Source of the DNA: an uncultured Verrucomicrobiota bacterium
Lineage (GTDB): Bacteria > Verrucomicrobiota > Verrucomicrobiia > Limisphaerales > AAA164-E04
Assembly (NCBI GenBank): GCA_913061285.1
Contig: CAJXVR010000001.1
Span: 4,554-68,553, forward strand
DNA length: 64,000 nt
Reading direction: 5' to 3'
This document shows positions 1 through 9,159 of the stretch, one piece after another. Both the position numbers and the translations under genes were made by a program. Under the pieces are notes generated by a model. The model had not been told where the DNA came from. It searched no databases and saw only the letters and a program-made list of their open reading frames with translations. Numbering within the stretch: position 1 is the first letter of the stretch; the number at the start of each line of letters is the position of its first letter.

Positions 1-241
1 TTTGATCATCGAAGATTTGAATTTTGACATTCGAAATCTTCCTGGCTCCAGACTCGAGGGAATCGGCTCCATCGCCCGAGATGAGCGTCTTCATTCGATT
101 CTCCTCCATCAAGGGCATCCGCCACCCCCCCCTAACAGTGCCTGAGGCAGGCTGCCCGAAGAGTGACTGGGACGCAAGGCAGAGAAGAATCAACCACAGC
201 CCGGGGGTTATTCGGTGACGGAAGATGTATTCTGATTTCAT
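1..241 (-). CDS. Hypothetical secreted protein, N-terminal fragment that runs off the left edge
   Basis: Absent from the ORF track because it has no stop inside the window. ATG is at 241-239 and the frame stays open to position 1. Translation starts MKSEYIFRHRITPGLWLILLCLASQSLFGQPASG (basic n-region plus hydrophobic core, signal-peptide-like). It lies 85 nt downstream of hisI on the same strand. Confidence 0.4.
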   Translation of the reverse strand, partial: MKSEYIFRHRITPGLWLILLCLASQSLFGQPASGTVRGGWRMPLMEENRMKTLISGDGADSLESGARKISNVKIQIFDDQ

Positions 242-325
242 GCCCTCTATTTCATTAACGGATCGAGCAACGAGTCTCGTCAATCCCGCGCCTGGGGTCA
301 ATCACCAGTCGCCTTCATCTTAGAA

Positions 326-739
326 TCATGAAGAGGCTTGCTTGCCGTATATCTCCTCGGGAGTTTGCAGCTGTTTCTCCGTAATCGTGATTGAACCATC
401 TTCGCCGAGTGCTCTGAAGAAACAGGATTGATAACCTTCGTGACAGGCGGCTCCGGTTTGGGAGGCTTGGATGAGGAGTGTATCGCCATCACAATCGAAG
501 GAAATCTGCTTGACGGTCTGAGTGTGACCGCTGCTTTCCCCTTTCATCCAATATTTCTGGCGTGAACGACTCCAAAAATGAGTTTTGCCGGTTTCAATGG
601 TCGATTTTAGCGAGGCGTCGTTCATCCATGCCATCATTAGCACTCGACCCGTCTTGTAATCTTGAACGATGGCTGGAATTAGTCCATCAGCGTTGAATTT
701 CAGTTGGGTGATAAAGTCGTTCTGTTCGTTACTAGTCAT
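326..739 (-). CDS. hisI: Phosphoribosyl-AMP cyclohydrolase
   Basis: 137 aa with an ATG start. Carries HisI motifs [26 protein letters not shown] and [12 protein letters not shown]. Lies 2 nt downstream of hisF. Confidence 0.9.
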   Translation of the reverse strand: MTSNEQNDFITQLKFNADGLIPAIVQDYKTGRVLMMAWMNDASLKSTIETGKTHFWSRSRQKYWMKGESSGHTQTVKQISFDCDGDTLLIQASQTGAACHEGYQSCFFRALGEDGSITITEKQLQTPEEIYGKQASS

Positions 740-741
740 GG

Positions 742-1518
742 TTAGATCGTGCGGGTTGGAATTCCTTTGCTTGCCAGATGGGCTTTCACCTCGGCAACGG
801 TGAACTCCCCGAAATGAAAAATACTGGCAGCTAAGACAGCATCCGCTTTGCCGTCAATTAAGACGTCTGCCATGTGGTCCAAATTTCCGGCCCCACCGCT
901 CGCAACGACCGGCACAGACACAGATTCACTGACTTGACGGGTAATCTCTAGATCATAGCCCGCTTTGGTTCCATCGGCATCGATGCTATTGAGCACGATC
1001 TCTCCCGCCCCTAGGTCGACGGCTCGTTTGGCCCATTCTAAGGCATCCAGTCCTGTGTCTTTTCTGCCGCCGTGGGAAAAGACACGCCACTCCTGCTCAC
1101 TGATCTTCTTGGCATCGATCGACGTGACGATACACTGACTACCAAACTTCTCGGCTCCTGCGGTTATGAGTTCGGGATTTGAAAGGGCGGCCGAATTGAT
1201 GCTCACCTTATCGGCGCCGGCTTTCAGCATGACACTCATGTCCTCAAGGGTCCGAATTCCTCCCCCGACCGTTAGGGGCATAAAACACTTGTCTGCTGAT
1301 CGTTCGATCACATCGACCATGGTTTGGCGTCCATGGGCACTTGCGGTAATATCGAAGAATACCATTTCGTCGGCACCCTGCTCATTATATCGAACGGCTA
1401 GCTCGACCGGATCACCGACATTTTTAAGCTCTCCCGCTTCGGCCTTTCCGAATTGGACTCCACGAGTGACATGTCCGTCATGGACGTCTAGGCAAGGAAT
1501 GACACGTTTTGCGAGCAT
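742..1518 (-). CDS. hisF: Imidazole glycerol phosphate synthase cyclase subunit
   Basis: [12 protein letters not shown]...[11 protein letters not shown]...ASGGAG is the canonical HisF pattern. The track start at 1527 is a TTG; the ATG at 1518 gives the usual MLAKR N-terminus. Confidence 0.93.
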   Translation of the reverse strand: MLAKRVIPCLDVHDGHVTRGVQFGKAEAGELKNVGDPVELAVRYNEQGADEMVFFDITASAHGRQTMVDVIERSADKCFMPLTVGGGIRTLEDMSVMLKAGADKVSINSAALSNPELITAGAEKFGSQCIVTSIDAKKISEQEWRVFSHGGRKDTGLDALEWAKRAVDLGAGEIVLNSIDADGTKAGYDLEITRQVSESVSVPVVASGGAGNLDHMADVLIDGKADAVLAASIFHFGEFTVAEVKAHLASKGIPTRTI

Positions 1519-1525
1519 CTGGTCC

Positions 1526-1562
1526 AAATAAAAAAGAAGCGCCCCTGTAAATCAAGGGCGCT
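1526..1562 (-). terminator. Rho-independent terminator-like hairpin (minus strand) downstream of the 120-aa ORF, abutting the hisF start
   Basis: On the minus strand, the stem AGCGCCC (1562-1556) pairs with GGGCGCT (1544-1538) around an 11-nt loop. It is followed by CTTCTTTTTTATTTGG. Confidence 0.55.
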
Positions 1563-1655
1563 CGCTGATTAATTGTTATTTTGATCGTCCCACTAAGCCC
1601 CGCTGGGGTCAACAGAAAGAGGGGATTGCCTCAGTGATACGACGACCTCAAGTGA

Positions 1656-2018
1656 TCAAGCAGGACTAAAGCGTCCGTTGGCGTTCTTGAACTGCTTGTT
1701 GGCGTAGAGTACTGCGTTGAGTGAGTTGACAGGATTGTCTGATGAGAATTTGTATCCCAACTTATCGATCGCATCGAGGATCTCGACTTTCGTCAGCGGT
1801 TTCTTGCCGGTGACCTGTCGGACCGCTTCTCGAAGGGATATTTTGTTTCTAATCCTTTTGACGACCCGGCTTCTCAGGCCTAGGCCTAGGCCTGGGAGAG
1901 GAGGCCCATCGCTGTGCAGAACTTCGTTTATTTGAGCAAGACGCTCCTCAAGCTCCGCCTTTTCCTTAACAAGGCTTTGACGGAGGCTGACATATTGTTT
2001 TAGTGAATCGGATCTCAT
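1656..2018 (-). CDS. Hypothetical protein (N-terminal coiled coil, basic C-terminal domain)
   Basis: 120-aa ORF with an ATG start and a terminator-like hairpin downstream. I recognise no family motif. Confidence 0.55.
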   Translation of the reverse strand: MRSDSLKQYVSLRQSLVKEKAELEERLAQINEVLHSDGPPLPGLGLGLRSRVVKRIRNKISLREAVRQVTGKKPLTKVEILDAIDKLGYKFSSDNPVNSLNAVLYANKQFKNANGRFSPA

Positions 2019-2409
2019 GCACTGGAAAAATTATTGCCACTTGTATAGTTTGTAAACAGCTTTGTTGGTCTAATTATTGGTTTTTTAGAGATCGATTAAG
2101 GTTTATTTAGATGTGGTAAAGTGTTTTCAATTGACTCCTGTATCATCCAAACGACCCCTGTTTACAGTCAACTTCGGTCTGTCTGCGGTGGGTTAGATAG
2201 AGGGAACTACTAGTGTCATAGTTTAGACAGGATGTGAAAAATCTGAATAGTAGCAAGAGGAGAACGTCCATATCATTGAGTCCTACTGAGGCCATCAACT
2301 TTGAGAGCTCCGCCGAATTGGAAGCTAAAAGAGTTTGCGAGACAGCGACGGCCCTGGTAAGCCTTGGCAAGATAGTTTTTTGTCTTTTTGTTTAATGTGT
2401 AAGTATCTG

Positions 2410-3021
2410 ATGAGAACGAATTTGTACCTATTAGCGATCGTCTTGACGGTAGGCTGTGCCTCCCCTGGTGTGAGAAACCCTTCGGGTGTTCCTGTCACTG
2501 AAATGAGGGCTGATGAACGTGGCTTTGTGACGGGGACTGGCATTGAATCCCAGGATCTTGTGACGGTGACGGACAGGATGGCTCGTAGTATCTTGGATAC
2601 GCCGGAGATTCAGAATTTTGGACAGATACCCCGGGTTGCTTTGGACCCTGTGATCAATGAGACCCGCTTTCCGATCAACAAGGATATTTTCCTTACTCGG
2701 ATCCGGACGCAGCTAAACCGAAATGCCCGTGGCCAAGTTCGCTTCCTCGCTCGTGAACGGCTCGAGGCCCTGGTGGCTGAAAGAGATCAAAAGCGCTCAG
2801 GAGCGTTTACGAGCACGACTGACTCACGTGTGCAGGAGTTCAAGGGGGCAGACTTTTTCTTAACCGGCAAGCTACAAGGGATGACAACTCGCAGTTCGGC
2901 GGGTGTGAGTGACTATGTTCTTTACAGCTTTCAGCTGATCGATGCGCGAACGACAGATATTCTTTGGGAAGATTTTGCTGAAATCAAGAAGCAGGGCTTA
3001 GAAGATGCCGCCTATCGGTAA
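2410..3021 (+). CDS. LpoB-like (COG3417-type) lipoprotein
   Basis: Trimmed to the ATG at 2410, giving MRTNLYLLAIVLTVGC (lipobox LTVGC). The C-terminal pattern FFLTGKL...YVLYSFQLIDARTTDILWE resembles the LpoB C-terminal domain. Confidence 0.6.
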   Translation: MRTNLYLLAIVLTVGCASPGVRNPSGVPVTEMRADERGFVTGTGIESQDLVTVTDRMARSILDTPEIQNFGQIPRVALDPVINETRFPINKDIFLTRIRTQLNRNARGQVRFLARERLEALVAERDQKRSGAFTSTTDSRVQEFKGADFFLTGKLQGMTTRSSAGVSDYVLYSFQLIDARTTDILWEDFAEIKKQGLEDAAYR

Positions 3022-3024
3022 GGA

Positions 3025-4209
3025 ATGTTCATTCGATTTCTCAGAGTTCACTGTGGGCCGGTATTCTTAGTCGTGCTCTGTGTGGCTTGCGCCACAACAG
3101 ACTTCCGCCCCCAGCCTGTTCGCACGGGTGACCTAGTTCGCGACGGTTGGGCGGCGATCACGAACGGTCCCGTGGAAGACCGCGTGCTTTGGCAGTATCG
3201 AACCGGTCTGGAATTGATTCGGAGGGAGCAATTCGGATCCGCCGCCGGGCTTTTTGATGATGCGCTAGACCTTGTTGGCGGTCGCTATGGGACAGATCGC
3301 AGTGCGAAGAAGTCACGAGGCTATTTTTCTGATGAATCGACCAAGACCTACATCGGTGAGCCGTACGAGCGGTCGATGGCCTACTATTTTCGGGGCTTGA
3401 TCTATTGGCAGCAGGGCGAGATTGACAACGCTCGCGCCTGCTTTCGAAGCGCTCAGATTGAGGATAGTGATGCAGAGGGGCAGGAATATGCCGGTGACTA
3501 CGTGTTGATGGATTACTTAGATGGTCTTGCGTCGCATCGCTTAAACGGATCCGGATGGGATGCCTACCAACGCGCCACCAACTCGGCAACACTGGTGATT
3601 CCGGAGCGTTTTGAAGGGGTAGGTAATGTCCTTTTCTTTGTCGACTATGGGAATGCACCGGAAAAGTACGCGGCAGGTGAGTATCGTGAGAAATTGAAAT
3701 TTAGAGACGGTGGGTCTCGAGCGATTGAAGTCATTATTAGATCTGGTGAACGGGCCATTCATCTGGGGGCCATGGATGATTTGTCGTATCAGGCGTCGAC
3801 CAGGGGCGGCCGGGTCATGGATCACATCCTGGCTAATCAAGCCGTCTTCAAGCGAACCACTGAGACATTAGGGGACGCCGCTCTGGTCAGTGGGCTAATT
3901 CTGGCACAAAATCGGAAGACTCAAGAGGCGGGCTTAGGTATTGCGGCCGTGGGCCTCGTGAGCAAAATGTTCTCGGCGGCAACGACCCCCCGTGCCGATA
4001 CCCGTGCCTGGGACAATCTTCCCAAATTCCTGACGTTTGGATCGATGCGGTTGCCCCCCGGAAGGCACGATATCAAGGTTGAGTTTCTCAATGACCGTCG
4101 GGAGGTCATTGAAACGCTCAGTCAAACATTTCAGATTGATGTGAATGCGGCATCCGCCGACACCGTCATCATTGTATCGCAGTTTAATAAGAAGGACCCG
4201 ACACTATGA
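3025..4209 (+). CDS. Hypothetical envelope (lipo)protein with a TPR-like segment
   Basis: 394 aa with a hydrophobic N-terminus ending VLCVAC. Contains the TPR-like stretch YYFRGLIYWQQGEIDNARACFRSAQ. Starts 3 nt after the LpoB-like stop and overlaps the next gene by 4 nt. Confidence 0.6.
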   Translation: MFIRFLRVHCGPVFLVVLCVACATTDFRPQPVRTGDLVRDGWAAITNGPVEDRVLWQYRTGLELIRREQFGSAAGLFDDALDLVGGRYGTDRSAKKSRGYFSDESTKTYIGEPYERSMAYYFRGLIYWQQGEIDNARACFRSAQIEDSDAEGQEYAGDYVLMDYLDGLASHRLNGSGWDAYQRATNSATLVIPERFEGVGNVLFFVDYGNAPEKYAAGEYREKLKFRDGGSRAIEVIIRSGERAIHLGAMDDLSYQASTRGGRVMDHILANQAVFKRTTETLGDAALVSGLILAQNRKTQEAGLGIAAVGLVSKMFSAATTPRADTRAWDNLPKFLTFGSMRLPPGRHDIKVEFLNDRREVIETLSQTFQIDVNAASADTVIIVSQFNKKDPTL

Positions 4210-4625
4210 CAATAAAGGCTATTTCACTATTTACGATTTCTGTGCTGGCGAGTGGTATTCTTTCAGGTTGCCGAACTGAGGGAGCGTTCAAGCCCGTCAA
4301 TACAGCAAAATATGACTACGAGAACTATGAGCCGTTTGTGTTGATGGATCGCTCTGTTCAACGTTCTGTGACCGTGGCTGGAATCCAGGAGACGGTGAAA
4401 GAGGATGGTCGCTTAGAGGTGATCGCGAATGTTCGAAATCGAGTGAATCGCCGGATCCAAGTCCAGGTCAGTTGTGTCTTCAAGAATGAGAACGGGTTCT
4501 CTACCGGCGATGAGACCCCTTGGAATACGCTCATTTTGACTGAGGCAGAGCAGCAGAGTGTTTCCTTCGTTTCCTCTAACGCAAAGGCGCGGAAATACAC
4601 TATCAGAGTTCGGCAAGCTCGCTAA
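4206..4625 (+). CDS. YcfL-like (DUF1425) lipoprotein
   Basis: 139 aa with signal peptide and lipobox ILSGC. The all-beta pattern LEVIANVRNRVNRRIQVQVSCVF...YTIRVRQ is typical of YcfL-type proteins. ATGA overlap with the upstream gene. Confidence 0.55.
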   Translation: MTIKAISLFTISVLASGILSGCRTEGAFKPVNTAKYDYENYEPFVLMDRSVQRSVTVAGIQETVKEDGRLEVIANVRNRVNRRIQVQVSCVFKNENGFSTGDETPWNTLILTEAEQQSVSFVSSNAKARKYTIRVRQAR

Positions 4626-4661
4626 ACGGGTATCCTGAGTTGTCTTTGAGGCTAATCGGAT

Positions 4662-5387
4662 TTATGAGGCGCTCCTAATGCCCTCATTTATCGACATAAC
4701 GCCTCCCAGGATCGAATGGATTTTGGTGCTGGTCATTCCGAGAGAATCCATTGAACGTGCGACCCCCTGCTGAGCTGGATAGTGCTTCAGGCTCTCGAGA
4801 ATGTAACTATATGCGGCGGCATCACTGCAGAATACCTTGCCAAACACGGGCACCATCCAAGCGAGATACCCGAAGTATAGGCGTCGCCAGAGAAGGTTTT
4901 CTGGCTTCCCAAAATCTAGGATCAAGAGCTTACCCTGAGGTTTGAGGACGCGATAGAGTTCACGAAGGCCCGACTCAAAGTCGGTGAGATTTCTGAGTCC
5001 GTAGGCGATTGTGACCAGATCAAAGCTCTGATCGCTAAAGGGCAAGTTCATCGCATCCGCTTCGATAAAGTTCGCCTTCACGAGGGCGCTGTTTCTCTGG
5101 CGCGCTTTCTCTAGCATCCCTGCAGAGAAGTCCACTCCGGATACATCGGCCCCTTTTTTTGCCAAGGCGAGGGCGATGTCTCCCGTTCCGCAACAGACAT
5201 CGAGGGCCGATTTCCCTTCGATGGGATGTGCGAGTGATAGGAGTTTGCGCTTCCAGTAACGATGGAGTCCAAGGCTTTGGACATCGTTGACAAGGTCATA
5301 GCGGGGAGCTATTTGATTGAACAGCCCCTTAACTCGCGTGGCCCGTTCGTTTCGGCTCGCTCCATAATATGAATTCACGCTGGGCAT
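4662..5387 (-). CDS. ubiE: Demethylmenaquinone/ubiquinone C-methyltransferase
   Basis: Carries IAPRYDLVNDVQSLGLHRYWKR and the SAM motif LDVCCGTGDIA. Confidence 0.85.
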   Translation of the reverse strand: MPSVNSYYGASRNERATRVKGLFNQIAPRYDLVNDVQSLGLHRYWKRKLLSLAHPIEGKSALDVCCGTGDIALALAKKGADVSGVDFSAGMLEKARQRNSALVKANFIEADAMNLPFSDQSFDLVTIAYGLRNLTDFESGLRELYRVLKPQGKLLILDFGKPENLLWRRLYFGYLAWMVPVFGKVFCSDAAAYSYILESLKHYPAQQGVARSMDSLGMTSTKIHSILGGVMSINEGIRSAS

Positions 5388-5465
5388 GGGGTCTTTCGCT
5401 CTACTGATTCGTTAATCAAGGTGGCACATGCTGGCCGGAATTGCTACAAGGGGGCCACAAGAAAA

Positions 5466-6665
5466 ATGCTCGAATTTAAAGAAGCTCTCAAGCGTGTCTT
5501 GGCAAAGATGCCCCGCCTTGGTGTTGAAGCTGCCGAATTGGCGGCTCTGAATCGCCGTGTTTTGGCCGATCCTCTCTACTCGAATATCGATCTCCCCGTC
5601 GCGGATAATTCCTCGATGGATGGATACGCGCTTCGAGCTCAAGATGTCGAGGGGGCGAGTCGTGATAATCCGGTGACTCTGGAGGTTCTCGGTAGCATTC
5701 CAGCGGGTGAGCTGTCGGATGCGGAACTGGTTCCTGGATCGTGCGTCCGGCTATTTACTGGCTCGTTCCTGCCTCGTGGTGCCGATGCTGTGATCATGCA
5801 GGAAGACACCCAAGCCGATGGGAATGTGATTCGTTGTCTCGACCAGGTGAAACCATGGGAGAATATCCGGTTTAAGGGCGAAGATGTAAAGAATGGGACG
5901 CTGTTGATTGGCGGCGGCACTCGCTTGAGTGCTCGGCACTTGGGTTTGATTGCGGCTCTTGGTAAAGCCCAGATCACTGTTTCTCGTCAGCCCAAAGTCG
6001 GTATTCTTGCCACGGGGCATGAGCTGCAAGAGGCGGGAAGCCCGCTAGCTCCAGGGGCCATCTATGAAAGTAATCGTCTAATTCTCAGCGAGCTGGTCCG
6101 GCAAATTGGATGTGAACCCAAGGTGTATCCTTTGGTAGACGATACCATGGAAGCAACGCAGAAGGCCCTCAGTGTTGCCGCCGCTGAGAACGATGCCTTG
6201 TTGACTAGCGGAGGTGTCTCAGTTGGGGATTATGACTTGATCCGTCCGGCGATTGAAGCAATCGGAGGTAAGATCGATTTTTGGCGGGTTCGATTGCGGC
6301 CAGGGAAGCCCTTTGTCTTTGCTGAAATCGGGGGGAAGCCACTTTTTGGTCTGCCAGGGAATCCTGTCTCTGCGGTGACCACTTACATGGTGCTGGCTCG
6401 GCCCGCATTGCTTCAGATGCAGGGAGCGGTAAATATCGAATCCGAGAAGAGACTATGCCGTTTGAGTGAAGCGATTGAAAATCGGTCAGATAGACCTCAT
6501 TTTTTCCGTGTCTGTCTGGATGAAGCGGACGGACTCTCCTCAGCAGGATTACAAGGCTCTCACGCTCTTCAGAGCCTTTCAAAGGCTGATGGATGGCTCT
6601 GTGTAGAACCCGGTCAGGCTCTATCTGCAGGTGATTCTGTCTCGGTAATGGTTTGGGACGATTGA
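5466..6665 (+). CDS. moeA: Molybdopterin molybdenumtransferase
   Basis: Carries MoeA motifs NSSMDGYALR, GADAVIMQED, TSGGVSVGDYD and GLPGNPVS. The track start at 5421 is a GTG; the ATG at 5466 gives MLEFKEALKRVL. Confidence 0.88.
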   Translation: MLEFKEALKRVLAKMPRLGVEAAELAALNRRVLADPLYSNIDLPVADNSSMDGYALRAQDVEGASRDNPVTLEVLGSIPAGELSDAELVPGSCVRLFTGSFLPRGADAVIMQEDTQADGNVIRCLDQVKPWENIRFKGEDVKNGTLLIGGGTRLSARHLGLIAALGKAQITVSRQPKVGILATGHELQEAGSPLAPGAIYESNRLILSELVRQIGCEPKVYPLVDDTMEATQKALSVAAAENDALLTSGGVSVGDYDLIRPAIEAIGGKIDFWRVRLRPGKPFVFAEIGGKPLFGLPGNPVSAVTTYMVLARPALLQMQGAVNIESEKRLCRLSEAIENRSDRPHFFRVCLDEADGLSSAGLQGSHALQSLSKADGWLCVEPGQALSAGDSVSVMVWDD

Positions 6666-6689
6666 TCACCGAATGCCGGTCGAGTTCGA

Positions 6690-7766
6690 CTAGAAGGACC
6701 GGGTTGGTAGCTCGAAGACAGCGGGACGATTCTTGATCGACTGCCTGACGGTGCTGTTGTTGAACAGTCCCGAGCTTCTTGAGGAAGTCGCGGATTCAAA
6801 TGCTGAGCCCGAAAAGGCATCGCCGAGTGCCGACGGTGAAGCAATGCTCGATCCGATCGATTGTCCAAAGCCATCTGAGATCGAAGACTGTATCCTACTC
6901 GCCCCGAAGCCAGTCGTCGCGGCGGAATCAAAGCCGCTCAAAGCCGTCGCGGACTGTCCTGCTGAGGTCATATCCATCACGGTAGTATTCAAGAGTTTTT
7001 CAAAGTCCGTACTCGGAGCCTGTTGGGCTTGTGCTCGAATTCCCAATTCGACAAATGGATCGCTGAGTCCTTCCAATTGGCTGCTTGCCATCTGAGCATT
7101 GACCAGGTTTTCGGTAGTTGTTGAGACGTTCTGATTCCCCGTGACTTTGGCTGGCTCGTCAAAAATGTTCGTCAAACGGCCTTGGTAATACTTTGGTGTG
7201 GCAAAGCTATCTTGGGCGCGCTTCTCTTGATCGTCCTCCATCTCACCATCTAGGTTCTTACCATCGGAATAGTTGGTGTCGGATTTTCGGTTTCGCTGTG
7301 AACCGGTTCGGCTCCGTCGTTCGCGTTTGTCGTAGTAGCTAGCAAAGGCGGTCTTCTCAGTAGATTGAAACCCTCTGCTTCGGTTGGAAGAAAATTCAAA
7401 CTCATTGAGATCAATGTCGGACGAGAGATCGCCAGAACTGAGCAAATCTTCGGGATCTTGAAGCATCCAGTTTTTTTGCTTATCAAGTGCTTTTAGAAGG
7501 CGTCGCTTCGAATTGAGGCGCGATTGCGAGTTCATCGGGTTCTGCCAGGTCGCCATGACCCCATCGACAGAACTATGACTCTTGTCAAAGACGCTTGCAT
7601 CCGGATTGACAGGGACGTTCTTTAACTCCTCTTTTGGGAGTCTAATCTTGCTGTTGGAATTTGAAAAAAGCACTCGCTCTCCCGCGACGCCGGCGACAAG
7701 GGACCAGAGGAAACTGATACCAAGAACGGCGGTGAAATACTGATGAAATGTCGAACGATTCTTCAT
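6690..7766 (-). CDS. Hypothetical secreted low-complexity (Ser/Asn/Asp-rich) protein
   Basis: 358 aa with an ATG start and the N-terminal hydrophobic segment FTAVLGISFLWSLVAGVAG. The rest is compositionally biased, with no motif I recognise. Confidence 0.55.
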   Translation of the reverse strand: MKNRSTFHQYFTAVLGISFLWSLVAGVAGERVLFSNSNSKIRLPKEELKNVPVNPDASVFDKSHSSVDGVMATWQNPMNSQSRLNSKRRLLKALDKQKNWMLQDPEDLLSSGDLSSDIDLNEFEFSSNRSRGFQSTEKTAFASYYDKRERRSRTGSQRNRKSDTNYSDGKNLDGEMEDDQEKRAQDSFATPKYYQGRLTNIFDEPAKVTGNQNVSTTTENLVNAQMASSQLEGLSDPFVELGIRAQAQQAPSTDFEKLLNTTVMDMTSAGQSATALSGFDSAATTGFGASRIQSSISDGFGQSIGSSIASPSALGDAFSGSAFESATSSRSSGLFNNSTVRQSIKNRPAVFELPTRSF

Positions 7767-7937
7767 GCCTTTTTGATTACAGATGCCATCAGCTTCCTGG
7801 TTTAGATGCCTTCTTGCAAAAACTGTTCAATCTTTGTGTTTCTTCCTGGCCCTGTCAAAGTGTCTTTTGCTCTGATTGAGCTTGATTGGGGCTGAGGATT
7901 TAACTTTGCTAAGGGTGTATTGAGCAAGTTTACTGGA

Positions 7938-8357
7938 ATGACGATGAGAATACTAATGATAGCCCTCTGTTTGACCTTGTTGCCAACCCTGATGGCTGAG
8001 GACAAGAAAACGGTCACCAAGAAGGCCCCGGAGGGATACTACGACCTTGAATCACCGCAAGCTGCGAGTGTCATTAAACGGTTTTCCAGCTTGGTCATCC
8101 TCGATATCAGGACGCCCAAAGAATTTGCGGCGGGGCACCTTAAAGGGGCCAAGAATCTTGATTTCTTCAGTGATAATTTTGGATCGCTCCTCGATAAACT
8201 GGATAAATCAAAGGGCTATGTCGTACACTGCGCTTCTGGAGGGCGCTCAGGCCGCTCGATGAAAACCTTTAAGGATAAAGGGTTTAAGACGGTCTATCAC
8301 ATCGCAGATGGCTATAAGGGCTGGATTGCCGCCAAGTTACCTGTTGTTGCTAACTAG
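7938..8357 (+). CDS. Secreted single-domain rhodanese (sulfurtransferase-like)
   Basis: Active-site loop HCASGGRSGRS (C-X4-R). Signal peptide MTMRILMIALCLTLLPTLMA. The track start at 7920 is a TTG. Confidence 0.8.
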   Translation: MTMRILMIALCLTLLPTLMAEDKKTVTKKAPEGYYDLESPQAASVIKRFSSLVILDIRTPKEFAAGHLKGAKNLDFFSDNFGSLLDKLDKSKGYVVHCASGGRSGRSMKTFKDKGFKTVYHIADGYKGWIAAKLPVVAN

Positions 8358-8361
8358 GTTG

Positions 8362-8925
8362 CTAGCTTCCGGGTTTGATGGCCGGGGACTCTCGAAGATC
8401 CGCCGGAAGATTGTCAGGGTCGAAGGTCTCCACGTTCATCTGAATGAGGCTCTTTAGAGGGTAATTGAACTCCAAATTCCCGCCCGAACGGTCGACGAGC
8501 ACGGTGATTCCTACGATCGAGGCCGGTGTGGATTCCACGATGTCGATCGTTTCTTGGACCCGTCCCCCTTTGGTGACCACATCTTCCGTGATCAGCACCT
8601 TTTCGTCTGGCGATAGTTTGAAACCCCTTCTCATCACCAGTGAGCCGTTTTCTTTTTCCACGAATATATAGCGGAGGCCAAGTTGTCGGGCGATTTCCTG
8701 CCCGATCACAAGGCCGCCCATAGCTGGCGCGACAACCGTGGTTGCTCCCAAGTCCTTTACCTGCTCGGCGATGGCACGACCGAAGCGTTCCACGATAGGC
8801 ATCTGTTGGAGGGCTTGGGCACACTGAAAGAATTCTCGGCTGTGTAGCCCACTTCTCAGAAGGAAATGGCCATTTAACAGTGCCCCGGTCTCTCTAAACA
8901 ACTGAAGTGCTTCGTCGGATGTCAT
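8362..8925 (-). CDS. pyrE: Orotate phosphoribosyltransferase
   Basis: GHFLLRSGLHS at the N-terminus and the PRPP-binding loop VLITEDVVTKGG. Confidence 0.88.
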   Translation of the reverse strand: MTSDEALQLFRETGALLNGHFLLRSGLHSREFFQCAQALQQMPIVERFGRAIAEQVKDLGATTVVAPAMGGLVIGQEIARQLGLRYIFVEKENGSLVMRRGFKLSPDEKVLITEDVVTKGGRVQETIDIVESTPASIVGITVLVDRSGGNLEFNYPLKSLIQMNVETFDPDNLPADLRESPAIKPGS

Positions 8926-9159
8926 GCGGCGAATTAACTGGGCAGTGGCAAAATTGGCAAATCAATATCGAAAAAACACGTCTTGGAAGGGGGGATCGGT
9001 CTATTTCTCATTGATATCAGCGAAATTGCTACGAAACGGGCGATTTTGATCCGGCAAATATTATCCAAAATTCTTTGAAATATTCTTCAGAATTGGGTGT
9101 CATATAGGGCAGTGTGTCAACAATGGACACGTTTCTAAGAAAAAATTAAAAGAATAGTC

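Noticed and set aside
125-132. C8 (G8 on the coding strand) homopolymer just after the signal peptide of the partial left-edge gene, as a phase-variation switch
   Set aside because: An equivalent G8 tract sits inside the housekeeping maf gene (12436-12443), and a G7 sits at 37815-37821. One or two such tracts are also expected by chance in 64 kb at this base composition.
24-218. Track ORF of 64 aa on the plus strand at the left edge
   Set aside because: It lies antisense to a longer open frame (1-241, minus strand) that has an ATG and a convincing signal-peptide-like N-terminus. The plus-strand product has no features and no SD.
1876-1896. Short tandem repeat AGGCCT AGGCCT AGGCCT
   Set aside because: It simply encodes the GLGLGL linker of the 120-aa protein on the minus strand. 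With only three units it is too short to call a repeat element.
2019-2409. AT-rich 390-bp divergent intergenic region with a 9-bp inverted pair (TGTAAACAG ... CTGTTTACA) ~100 bp apart, and two track ORFs (2143-2370, 2325-2543)
   Set aside because: A single 9-mer match at that distance is near chance expectation. The ORFs are featureless and overlap the better-supported LpoB-like start region. This is probably plain promoter DNA.
5388-5465. Possible Moco riboswitch upstream of moeA
   Set aside because: The leader is under 80 nt, far shorter than the ~130-nt Moco motif, and I could find no matching stems.
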